Shown: one piece after another, positions 49,796 to 61,124 of the stretch
How positions within the stretch are numbered: position 1 is the stretch's first letter
Layout of the letters: each line of letters begins with the position of its first letter
DNA from: Octopus sinensis
Lineage: Eukaryota
NCBI RefSeq assembly: GCF_006345805.1
Contig: NC_043018.1
Span: 16,368,001-16,432,000, forward strand
Direction of reading: 5' to 3'
DNA: 64,000 nt
Program-made: the position numbers and the translations under genes
The notes under the pieces: model-generated
Told to the model about the DNA's origin: nothing
Databases searched by the model: none
Seen by the model: the letters and a program-made list of their open reading frames with translations, nothing else

Positions 49796-50255
49796 GATGA
49801 TGAAGATGATGATGATGATGATGTGGATGATGAAGATGATGATGATGATGATGATGATAATGATGATAAAATGATGATAATGATAATGTGGATGATAGTG
49901 GTGATGATGATGATGATGATGATGATGGTGGTGTGATGATGATGATGATGGTGATGATGATAATGGTGATGATGATAATGGTGATGATGATGATAATGTG
50001 GATGGTAGTGGTGATGCTGATGATGATGATGATGATAATGGTGATGATGATGATGATAATGGTGATGATGATGATAAGGTGATGATGATGATATGATGAT
50101 GAATGATGATGATGATGATAATGGTGATGATGATGATGATGATGATGATGATTGATGATGATGGTGGATGATGAGATGATGATGATGATGATGATGATGT
50201 GGTGATGATGATGATGATGATGATGAGATGATGATGATATGGTGATGATATGATG

Positions 50256-50287
<32 letters not shown>

Positions 50288-50376
50288 GATGATGATGATG
50301 ATAATGGTGATAATGATTATGATATGATGATGATGATATGGTGATGATGATGATGATGATGATGAGATGATGATGA

Positions 50377-50417
<41 letters not shown>

Positions 50418-50447
50418 AATGGTGATGATGATGATATGATGATGATG

Positions 50448-50524
<77 letters not shown>

Positions 50525-50609
50525 GATGATGATGATGATAATGGTGATAATGATGATGATGATGATGATGATGATAATGGTGATGATGATGATGATGATG
50601 ATGATGATG
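47738..50609. repeat. 2.9-kb degenerate (GAT)n array
   Basis: Directly visible; it produces the 972-aa low-complexity ORF. Confidence 0.97.
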
Positions 50610-50717
50610 CTAATTGCTCTCCAAATCAAGGCAATTTCGTGAGTATGAAAATGTTTTTCATTCGAGTCTTTATTTATTTCTATTTCCGTTCGTTTGCTTT
50701 GTGTTTTTTCTCAAATG

Positions 50718-51146
50718 CCTCTCTCTTCCCTCGCTTTCCCTCTCTCTCTCTCTCTCACACTCACTCACTCCCTCCTCCGCCTACTCTATCTCCCTTTCTA
50801 ATACTCCTTCGTTCTGTCTCTTCCTCTCCCTTCATTCGCTCACTCTCTCCTCCGCTCTCTCTTTCCCCTCTCCTTCACTCACTCCGTCCCTCTCTCTCCC
50901 TCTCTCTCCCTTTGTGTTCCTCCCACACTCATTCGCCCTCTCTCCACCTGTCCCTCCCTCTCTCACCCATCATTTCGCTCTCTCCTTCACTCTTCACCCT
51001 CACTCCTTCGCTTTACCATGCCTCCTCTCTCTCCCTTTTGTTCACCCTTCACCCTCACTTCTTCGCTTTCCCTTCTCTTCTCTCTCCCTCTCTCCTTCAC
51101 TCACTCCTTCTCTCTCTCTCTCTCTATCTATCTCCCTCTCTCTCCT
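50718..51146. repeat. Polypyrimidine (CT-rich) tract
   Basis: Directly visible. Confidence 0.9.
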
Positions 51147-51449
51147 ATTCAACAACAATCTTTCGGGGCTTATTACAATATCCGTTAGAGTCACGATAAT
51201 AACTGGCTCCAAGCACCGTATGCGTTGCACTTCAGAGAAAATTCAAATTCAAAGTAACTTTATTGAATGTTATTTATAACAAAATCTGTTCTCTCAGGTT
51301 TGTTTCTGGTCATGAAAAATATGTCAACTACAAGACTGCAAAACAATCTACCAAATACACGTCAGAGAATTGTTTTGTAACATAGAAACAAAATATTAGT
51401 TTTGAAAATTGTATATAATAAACGTTAAACACTGCTTCGGGGATTTATC

Positions 51450-51502
51450 GTCATATTTTGGAGTGCATTATTTTATTCTGCCAAATGCCTCCATAAATAC
51501 TA

Positions 51503-51538
<36 letters not shown>

Positions 51539-51770
51539 TTCCCACCATCACCACCACCGCTTGACAACCGGTGTTGGCGTGCTTACGTACCCGTAATCTT
51601 GCGGTTCGGCAAAAGACTACCCGGTAGAATAAGTACCAGGCTTTAAAACATAAGTGCTGGGTGGGGTGGGTGGGGTGGGGGTCAATTCGCTCGACTAAGA
51701 AGTTCGCCAAGCCGCTGCCCCAGCATGGTCACAGCCTAATGTTTGAAACTAGTAAAAGATAACACACACA
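51450..51770 (+). mobile_element. SINE family C, diverged
   Basis: gcttgacaaccggtgttggcgtg..gcggttcggcaaaag..cagcatggtcacag..gaaactagtaaaag. Confidence 0.75.
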
Positions 51771-51923
51771 CACACACATACACACACACACACACACGTG
51801 TATGTATGTGCAAGAACAAAAATAAATCCCCAAAAGAACAAACACCAAAAAAACAACAACAACACGAGGACGTGGTACATGTCGTAATTTATTAGCAGAC
51901 GCTCAAGAAAAGAAAGAATGGTG

Positions 51924-51959
51924 GTTTAACGTTTCGAGTAGACGCTCTTCTTCGGAAAC
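51924..51959 (-). ncRNA. Ultra-minimal hammerhead-like motif (family E, core U4 changed to C)
   Basis: Minus strand: gttt CCGAAGA a gag-cgtcta-ctc GAAA cg TT aaac. Confidence 0.5.
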
Positions 51960-52091
51960 AGAAGAAAGTCCAATAGAAAGGAAGACGGAGGAGGAAAATC
52001 GTCAACGATTCACATGTGGTTACATTTTGAAATGTATATAAATGTATATGCACACACACACACATACACACACAGACGCACACATACACAC

Positions 52092-52131
<40 letters not shown>

Positions 52132-52204
52132 ATATATGGATACAGGACGTGACATATGTGCATGTGTGTTAATATACATATAGTTATACATATATATATA
52201 TATA

Positions 52205-52517
52205 TATCACCGTGATCACCGTGACCGACCAGGCTATCAGATGTTGCTGCACATCGCTGGTCACAATGCGCTTTGCATTGTTTTAGCCTTCAAGTGACGC
52301 CACCCCGCTGGCTAAGCGAGTAGGCCAACAGAAGAAAGAGTGAAAGAAAGTTGTGGCGAAAGAGTACAGCAAGGGTCACCACCACACCCTGCCGGAACAT
52401 CGTGGAGCTTTAGGTGTTTTCGCTCAATAAACACTCACAACGCCCGGTCTGGGAATCGAAACCGCGATCCTACAACCGCGAGTCCACTGCCCTAACCACT
52501 GGGTCATTGCGCCTCCA
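52205..52517 (-). mobile_element. SINE family A2 (family A head and 5' body, different 3' tail)
   Basis: Identical to A through the aaagttgtgg block, then ..gtcggtcacggtgat; flanked by (TA)n. Confidence 0.95.
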
Positions 52518-52528
52518 TATATATATAT

Positions 52529-52559
<31 letters not shown>

Positions 52560-52610
52560 TATTTATATTATTATTTGATACGCATTCATATCCAAGTAAG
52601 TTTATATATA

Positions 52611-52701
<91 letters not shown>

Positions 52702-52712
52702 ATATATATATG

Positions 52713-52747
<35 letters not shown>

Positions 52748-52749
52748 TG

Positions 52750-52885
52750 TAAAGGTCTACCAACTCACAAAGCATTGGCTGGTCTGCTGCTATAGTAGAA
52801 GACATTTGTCCAAGGTGCCACACAATGGAAATGAACTCTAAACCATGTGATTACATAGTGAGATCCTTAACCATACTGTCATGCC
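52750..52885 (-). mobile_element. SINE family C 5' fragment, diverged
   Basis: ctatagtagaagacatttgtccaaggtgccac.. Confidence 0.7.
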
Positions 52886-53404
52886 AACGTCAGATGGTAT
52901 TTACGAGAAAAAATATCTAACCGTGTGTGTGTGTTTTGTGTGTGTTGTGTGTGTGTGTGTGTGGTGTGTGTGTGTGTCTGTGTGTGTGTGGCAGTTTCTA
53001 AAAATTAGTTGTTTGCACGTTTGTAATTAGTAAAAAGATCAAATTGCCAGCTAGTTTACATGGCGGGGAAAGGAAAACTATCAATGTTGTCTTTGCTACA
53101 CAGAACTAGCAAGTCTTATTGAATTACTTATTAAAAGTCGTCAGAATCCTCTAGAATAATTAACGTAAATTTTAATGAAGATCAAAAAAAAAAAAGCAAA
53201 TAAATAAATTTACTCCAGAATAATTAATGCAAATTCTCGTATAAACGCGTGGGTTAAAAGAAATAAAACGTGGAGGGAGGATGAGAGGAATTCATTTCAC
53301 GGTTCGAAATGTATGTAAGTCGATAGCTATAAATGTGCGTATATAAATATACATATGCGTATAACAAGAATTAATTAAAACCTTAAAAATAAACAAAACC
53401 CTCC

Positions 53405-53454
<50 letters not shown>

Positions 53455-53463
53455 ATTTATTTA

Positions 53464-53488
53464 TAGATAGATAGATAGATAGATATAT

Positions 53489-53532
<44 letters not shown>

Positions 53533-53553
53533 TAGATAGATAGAAAAATAGAC

Positions 53554-53622
<69 letters not shown>

Positions 53623-53631
53623 TAGACAGAT

Positions 53632-53665
<34 letters not shown>

Positions 53666-53719
53666 GGATAGATGGATAGATAGATAGTTAGATAGATAGA
53701 TAGATAGATAGATATAGAT

Positions 53720-53765
<46 letters not shown>

Positions 53766-53770
53766 TAGAT

Positions 53771-53804
<34 letters not shown>

Positions 53805-53816
53805 TAGATTAGATAG

Positions 53817-53847
<31 letters not shown>

Positions 53848-53870
53848 GATAGATAGATGGATAGATAGAT
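53464..53870. repeat. (GATA)n microsatellite, about 400 bp
   Basis: Directly visible; shorter GATA tracts at about 28298-28375 and 46510-46600. Confidence 0.97.
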
Positions 53871-54054
53871 CGGCGAGTTAACTTGGTTTTCCTTAACAAC
53901 AACGTAACCTTCATATAATTAAGGTAGCTTCGGTTTCAAGAGGATCCAACTGATAACCCGTCCTGGGGTAATAATTACATGAGAGGATCTGCAAGCTGGG
54001 AAACATATGTGGCCTAAATTTTACTTCCTCCACCCACTCAATTTGGATATATAT

Positions 54055-54428
54055 ATTTTCTTTCATGGGTTTCAAGCATTTGACTGCGACCATGCTGCAG
54101 CACCGCATTTAAGTTAAACAAATCGACACCAGGAGGAGTTATTCTTTGTAAGCTTACTGCCTATTCTATCGGTGTCTTTTGCCGAATCGTTAAGTTACTG
54201 GGACGTAAACACCCCAAAATCAGTTGTCAATCGATGGTGTTGGGATAAACACAGACACACAGGCATATATTCATGTATATATACGACGGGCTTCTTTCAG
54301 TTTCCGTCTAGCAAATCCACTCACAAGGCTTTGGTCAGCCCGAAGTTATAGGTGTTACGCAGTGGGACTGAACCCGGAACCATGTGGTTGGTAAGCAAGC
54401 TTCTTTCCACACAACCACGCCTGTGCCT
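54055..54428 (-). mobile_element. SINE family C, diverged near-full copy
   Basis: Collinear with C, with an internal deletion near 54345. Confidence 0.88.
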
Positions 54429-54447
54429 ATATATTATATATATATAT

Positions 54448-54497
<50 letters not shown>

Positions 54498-54522
54498 GTG
54501 TGTGTGTGTGTGTGTGTGAGTG

Positions 54523-54806
54523 TGGAGGCACATGGCCTAGTGGTTAGAGCTGTGGACTCACGGTCGAGGGATCGCCGTTTCGAATCTCATACCAGGCGAT
54601 GTGTGTGTATATGAGTGAAATACCTAAGCTCCACGACGCTCCGGCAGGGTGGGGGCCGTCCCTGCTGTACTCTTTCGCTACAAATTTCTATAACTCTTTC
54701 TTCTGTTAGCCTGCTCGCCTAGCCAGCGGGGTGGCGTCATTTGAAAGCTAAAAAAATGCGAAGCGCATTGTTACTAGCGATGTGTAGCCTGGTCGGTCAC
54801 GGTGAT
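54523..54806 (+). mobile_element. SINE family A2, diverged
   Basis: tggaggcacatggcctagtggttag..ctggtcggtcacggtgat. Confidence 0.85.
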
Positions 54807-55142
54807 ATATATATATATATTATATATATTTATCTGACAACCGGCCCCTACCTATACATGTCTACACACATATACATACATAGACATAAATGCAGTTATA
54901 TACACACACTCATACACACACATAAGCAATAAAACTAATTAACCAGAGCAAACACCCCCGCATCCATATTCATAGAGCATGCATACTGTCCTTCTTATTT
55001 TCATAAATTTTCATAAATTCCTCTTCCAAACATTTTTGACGTCATTGCTTTTAACGGATTTTTAAAATCACTCATTATCACTGTGGTCAATATGTAGCAA
55101 GCCATAGAAAAGTTTTTGTCCGTCTTGAGGCTGATTGATTTT

Positions 55143-55236
55143 CCTTGACTTTCCTGATGAGAAGACGGCATAATGCACCTTATTCCTTCAGAATTGAGAA
55201 TATGCAGTCTTCGGAAACGTGTGTTGAAATTAAAGG
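55143..55236 (+). ncRNA. Type I hammerhead motif (family F, second copy)
   Basis: ccttgactttc CTGATGA gaagacggcata..tatgcagtcttc g GAAA cgtgtg TT gaaattaaagg; collinear with 43828-43922. Confidence 0.72.
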
Positions 55237-55364
55237 AATTGTGTTAAAATCCTCGTTCGACTCCATTCTTTTATTCTTTTATTCATTTTAAATATATATT
55301 ATATATATATATATATTATATAAATAAATATATATACATATATATATATATGTATATATATATG

Positions 55365-55520
55365 TATATACATAAATGGCCGTTTCTGTCTGTTTGTGGC
55401 TGTGTGTGTGATTTGTGAATTTGTTACTTTAGCTCCTCCGATACTATCCAACCGATCTTGATGAAACACGACATGCGTGTGGAGCTTTTGCCAATGTGGT
55501 CACTTACGCACTTTGAATTT
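55365..55520 (+). mobile_element. Possible 5' fragment of a non-autonomous Helitron
   Basis: ataaatgg..tgtctgtttgt..ctcctccgatactatccaaccgatcttgatgaaac resembles Lep1/HINE-type 5' ends; no 3' hairpin found. Confidence 0.4.
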
Positions 55521-55798
55521 CATGTCACGGTTCGAAAATACGATATATTTTTACATCATATTCCTTTACAGAATAATCAAAGTGATAAGATATTTTTTAA
55601 GTCGTCAGTAATGTTTAAAACATTTCTTTAATCTGCTTTTATAGTTTAAACTGTCGTAATTAGCTGCATAACTACTTCCATTATAATCTTGAATAACCCA
55701 TCAAGATTATACCCAGTGAGTAAAATCTAAACATACATGGAAACGTTGAGTCTACGTTTTTATTAAGTATCATCTACATCTTTGCCTAAAGGATTTAT

Positions 55799-56171
55799 TT
55801 GTTAGTTAGTTAGTTAGTTAGTTAATTTTTTGGCTCAAAAAGCAAAAAGCAAGGCCATGTAGGGGGACATGGAGTTATGTACAGGGTGGTGTTCACGTAA
55901 AGAGTTCAGGCCACTTGTGGTCAAGGGAGACTTTGAAACGAGCGGTTGTCGGCATCTTCACTATCTCGTCCGGCAGCTTATTCCACGGATCCGCAACCCG
56001 GACGGAGAAAGGCCCTCTCCTTCGATTGAGATGAAATCGTCGCAGATAGAGCTTTTCGGAGTGACCCCGCAGCCGACGCTCTGGAGCAGGAGTGAAGAAC
56101 AGCTCTTTCGAGAGGTTACACTTTCCACTAATGATGTTGTGAGCAAGAATGAGATCACCACGGCGTCGTCG
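55799..56171 (-). mobile_element. 3' end of a CR1/L2-clade LINE (ORF2 C-terminus, 3' UTR stem-loop, (TAAC)n tail)
   Basis: RRRRGDLILAHNIISG..FF..RGHSEKL..FSVRVADPWNKLPDEIV..FKVSLD matches the CR1-type ORF2 C-terminal signature; CCATGT/ACATGG stem at 55855-55872; tail at 55800-55824. Confidence 0.9.
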
Positions 56172-56173
56172 TA

Positions 56174-56567
56174 TACTCTTTACTCTTTTACTTGTTTCAG
56201 TCATTTGACTGCGGCCATGCTGGAGCACCGCCTTTAGTCGAGCAAATCGACCCCGGGACTTATTCTTTGTAAGCCCAGTACTTATTTTATCGGTCTCTTT
56301 TGCCGAACCGCTAGGTGACGGGGACGTAAACACACCACCATCGGTTGTCAAGCAATGCTAGGGGGACAAACACAGACACACAAACACACATACATATATA
56401 TATATACGACAGGCTTCTTTCAGTTTCCGTCTACCAAATCCACTCACAAGACATTGGTCGGCCCGGGGCTATAGCAGAAGACATTTGCCCAAGATGCCAC
56501 GCAGTGGGACTGAACCCGGAACCATGTGGTTGGTTAGCAAGCTACTTACCACACAGCCACTCCTGCG
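56174..56567 (-). mobile_element. SINE family C, full length, abutting the LINE fragment
   Basis: Collinear with 6266-6666. Confidence 0.96.
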
Positions 56568-57199
56568 TATATATGCAGTTATGATTTGTTTCTGGTTCCT
56601 TCAAATGCTAGCAATAAGTGAACCAGTGTTAAATCTATTTGTTTATTCAATAACACAGTGGAGTTCACTAATCTTCTGCAGTAGCCGTGTACATTTTTAT
56701 AGTGAATTTTTCTCTTACCTTTTTTTCTTACACGCGTGACAGTATTCTATCTTCTGCTTACTCGGAAGTCTATTTGTTATTAACTTTACGTCTGCTCTCA
56801 GCAAATCTATTTGTAGTTTTAAAACCACAACAAGTCTTCTGCATAACCACTTTTATATAACAACTTTCAGAAATTATTAATGGCAAGCAGAAAAGCAGTT
56901 TCATAATTTCTTCAATGGAACATAAAGATTTTGCCTCTACAAAAATACATTTGAAGAGAAATACCGATCTTACTCGATGTCATGAAACTTAAATGTCAAC
57001 CGAATCATTTATGTAAAACAGGATTTTATCAGGAATAACGTTATCACTGAGAGGGAACCAGTAATATTTATCACATCAATAAAGAAAGAACATCAAAGTG
57101 ACAAACAGACCTTTCGAAAAGATCAACTGGAAGAAAGTTTAACATCTAACAAGAATGACAAGTAGTTTCTTGTCGTAATACGGCATAGAATATATATGT

Positions 57200-57430
57200 A
57201 TACGTGTGCTTGTGTGTGTGTATGTTTGTGTGTCTGTGTTTGAACCCCCAGCATCGCTTGGCAATCACGCTGTTGTGTTTACGTCCCCGTAAATTAGCAG
57301 GTCGGCAAAGGAGACCGATAGAATAAGTACTAGGCTTACAAAGAATAAGTTCTGCGGTCGATTTGTTCGACTAAAGGCGTTGCTTCAGCATGGTCGCAGT
57401 CAAATGACTGAAACAAGTAAAAGAATAAAA
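57200..57430 (+). mobile_element. SINE family C 3' half
   Basis: gtttacgtccccgt..gagaccgatagaataagtac..actgaaacaagtaaaag. Confidence 0.9.
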
Positions 57431-57835
57431 ACTATTAAGTTTATTTGTATATTAAACATAAATTATAATGCTTAAGGAACTATTCCCTCTCAACCACTGA
57501 TTTTTTAATTAATTTTTTATAACCAGACAGTTTGTAACTTCGAATACTGGTAGAATTTCTCACGTGGAACACGGTTTACTCTGAGCGTTTTCGACAAAAT
57601 TTCGTATTTTAAAAGTTATTTCGTGGTAAAGTTGTCGTATTTAGTTGAAATTACCCAATGCGACGTGTATTCGGTTGAAGAAAGCTACTGTTCTTTACGG
57701 TAGTAATTGAAGAGGAACAACTTCCGGGTCATCGCTACTAAATGTCACCACTCTGTTCTATTCGTATGGCGAGTGAAGACGATATCACCTTTATCCTTTC
57801 TTCCTTTCTAGTCAGAACCCTGCATTCCTTACTCT

Positions 57836-57991
57836 TATATCGACCCCAGTGCGTAACTGGTACTTATTTAATCGACCCCGAAAGGATGAAAGGCAAAGTC
57901 GACCTCGCCGGAATTTGAACTCAGAACGTAGCGGCAGACGAGATACCGTTAAGCATTTTGCTTGGTGTGCTAACGATTCTGCCAGCTCGCC
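57836..57991 (-). mobile_element. SINE family B lacking its 3' part
   Basis: Head through atcgaccccagtgcg is present. Confidence 0.92.
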
Positions 57992-58744
57992 TAACAATGG
58001 CAACTATATCGAAAGAGGAAGACAAATCGAATTTTTTTTTTATTATTATTATTATATCTTTTTAATTTATAACAAGTTTATAGATTCAACCGTTTAGCAA
58101 CTTGAATACAACATTCAAGTAAAAATATATTTGTCAATTAAAGGTGGATATATTGAATGAAAATTGCATATTGTAATGTAACTTCAGAATACAACTAAAA
58201 AAAGAAAATAGACAGAACCTGAAAGAAAGGAAAACCGAATAAAATTTTATTATATACCAATATCAAACAAACTTAATTATCGGGCAACTACTTGTCTATA
58301 CAATTCTTGGAATCATCTGTGCCAATCCTTTGCTAGTTTTTTAAAATTCATTATCGTTCCTCCAACTTCAATTTCAGTGAGATACAGATTGAACTAACCA
58401 CTATTTTTATGTTAATATTTACTGGCTCCTTTCAATCGATCGATGGAAACGTTACATCAATTTAAAATAAACAGCTCTCCTCGGAGGCAGACGACCATAT
58501 ACATCTGCAACATAGAGGATACACCATTTTTCTTCAATACTAGAGACTAAAATAATTATGTTGTTTTTCTTTCCTAGTTTTGTGGCATTATTATTTCTAG
58601 AATTCTTATTTTTATGAAAGCGGATCCTATTAATCCTTCTACGAACTCTCGAACTCTCTGTTTGTTTATTGAATATGGTCTCATTATCAGTATATATGTT
58701 ATCATTAGAGCATGCTCCTTTTATCTCATTCATATCTTTACTAT

Positions 58745-59133
58745 TGGAGGCGCAATGGCCCAGTGGTTAGGGCAGCGGACTCGCGGTCATAGGATAGCGG
58801 TTTCGATTCCCAGACCGGGCGTTGTGAGTGTTTATTGGGCGAAAACACCTAAAAGCTCCACGAGGCTCTGGCAGGGGATGATGGTGATCCCTGCTGTACT
58901 CTTTCATCACAACTTTCTCTCACTCTTACTTCCTGTTTCTGTTGTACCTGTATTTCAAAGGGCCGGCCTTGTCACTCTCTGTGTCACGCTGAATATCCCC
59001 GAGAACTACGTTAAGGGTACACGTGTCTGTGGAGTGCTCAGCCACTTACACGTTAATTTCACGAGCAGGCTGTTCCGTTCATTCGGATCAACCGGAACCC
59101 TCGTCGTCGTAACCGACGGAGTGCTTCCATCCA
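58745..59133 (+). mobile_element. SINE family A, full length
   Basis: Collinear with 21251-21636; tail cttccatcca. Confidence 0.97.
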
Positions 59134-59313
59134 ATTTATCATCTTACTAGCACATTCTGAAACATAATCTTTTATGTAGATATAGCTGGATTTACGGTCC
59201 CAGTAAAATAGAGATAGGAGAGAGTATCTGACGTTAATTAATCCATCACCACCAAGAAGAGCTTAACTGTCAATTCCCAAATGGATTTAATACATACATA
59301 CATACATACATAC

Positions 59314-59344
<31 letters not shown>

Positions 59345-59362
59345 TGTATGTATGTATGTATG

Positions 59363-59402
<40 letters not shown>

Positions 59403-59877
59403 ATAAGATTAGCTCGTATACGAGTGGGTATATATTTGTAAAAAATGAAGTTTGAAAATGCTGCTATATTAGACAAATTTTTAATTTTTATATATACATT
59501 ATTTATTTAACATGTTTCGGTTCCTGAAATGACGAAACTTATCAAAAAAAATTATATATAAAAAAGATAGTTCATGCTATCAAATATAAAAAAATTCATA
59601 TATAATAAAAAATTCATATACAGTGAAGCGAGTCCATGATATATGTTTAAAGAGTATGATGTAGTAGTTCATAGTGGTGATATGCATTCAATATAAAAAA
59701 TTCATGTTCTTGAAAAAGCGAGGAATTCATTTTAGGTTTTACCTTGTGTTCCAATGCGAGCAACTGTGATGACTTTTGGTTGGTGTCTGTTCGAATAGTT
59801 CTGGTGAATCTTGTGAATTGTTTGGGTTTTATATCACCTGTTAGGTGGCTAGTCCAGCGGAACGAGACGTCATCAAA

Positions 59878-59933
<56 letters not shown>

Positions 59934-59989
59934 GAGGAAGGACTCGTATACAATGCCAAGATCACAGACCCCAACGGAATAGCAAAGCC

Positions 59990-60255
59990 TGCTGACGTAA
60001 CCAAGTTGGTGCAGACGGCTTGGGTATTTTGAGAATATCTGCAATCATCCGGGTCGTAAAACGAGGTATGATGTTGACTAACTCCATTTTGTCGCAGTTC
60101 ATCTCAGTTGGTTGGCCAGGGCAAGATGCACCCTGAATAGAAAAATTTCCTGAACGAAACCTTGAAAGATACTTCTAGCACATATGTTCCGTCAAAGCAT
60201 ACTCTCCATACACAGTGCATATCTTCCTCCAAGTTTCTACCGCATTTTTATGCGC
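59990..60255 (-). pseudogene. Mariner-family transposase N-terminal remnant
   Basis: Manual translation: NAVETWRKICTVYGEYALTEHMC*KYLSRFRSGNFSIQGASCPGQPTE..PRFTTRMIA (frameshift) HQLGYVSRL, matching mariner KICAVYG..FRSG.F..D..RSGRP..LHQLG motifs. Confidence 0.82.
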
Positions 60256-60944
60256 TTACTTGTTTTAGTCATTTGACCGCGGCCATGCTGGAGCACCACC
60301 TTAATAAATTCTTGACTGTTTTTAAAAATGTCGATAACGTTCGTTTTGATTCTCTATTTTCAGGGTAAATCCCAAGCACACAGAATACAATCTATCACAT
60401 GGCTACGTTGAAGTGTCAAGTATCTAACGAGTTCGCATGCGCAAGGGACAGACTGAAGTTAGCTACTTATTAGAGTGCTTGACGTTTAGTGTCGACGAAA
60501 TATGAACTGTCTTTGTGACCAGCTCCCAAACACCTAACCAAGATGCAGTGTTCCGTTGTTATTAGATAATCTGTATAGATGAGAGACCTTTAATACACCT
60601 CACATCTCCAATTATCAGAAATTGATTGACACAAACTTACAAATTTCTGGATGAGATTGCTATGTTCCTCTTCCAAATATCTCACAAGAGAATTCGATAA
60701 AAGCATTGAGTGCTTAACGGAAGCTACTTCATTAAATTTATTGCATATTCATTAATGAAGAGCCTAAGATATTCTGAGTTCATCGAACGGCAGATGGACA
60801 ACCCCTTCGTCCACTTCGTTCAGGTTGAAGAAATTGATGCCAACGAAAGATACAGCATCTCGTCCAGGTAGACAAATATTGCTACGAGATGAAAAACAAA
60901 CACTACTGAATAATTTTAATATGGTGAAGGAGAAAAAATAAAAG

Positions 60945-61060
60945 TGGTACTCCGTCAGTTACGACGACGTGGGTCCCAGTTGATCCGATCTAGGGAAGAG
61001 CCTTGTCGTGAAATTAATGTGCAAGTGGCTGAGCACTTCACAAACACATGTACACTTAAC
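60945..61060 (-). mobile_element. SINE family A/D 3' fragment
   Basis: actccgtcagttacgacgac..gttgatccgatc..gtggctgagcac. Confidence 0.8.
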
Positions 61061-61124
61061 GTTTTTATGTCAGCATATTCTTAATGCCACTAGTGACATG
61101 TAACCCAGAACAACTTCTTGCGTG

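Noticed and set aside
47711-50629. 972-aa ORF and overlapping poly-M/D ORFs
   Set aside because: Translation of a (GAT/ATC)n tract; no domain content and open only because the repeat lacks stops.
53965-54015. CTGATAA..GAAA-catatg-TG motif
   Set aside because: Core G8 is mutated, G at the cleavage site, and poor helix I and II pairing.
58614-59150. 178-aa ORF and the recurring MVVIPAVLFHHNF.. and MRNWYL.. ORFs
   Set aside because: These are translations of SINE A and B consensus sequence.
59506-59548. Minus-strand TTGATAA..GAAA-catg-TT motif
   Set aside because: Two core mutations and only a 3-bp A/T helix I in very AT-rich sequence.
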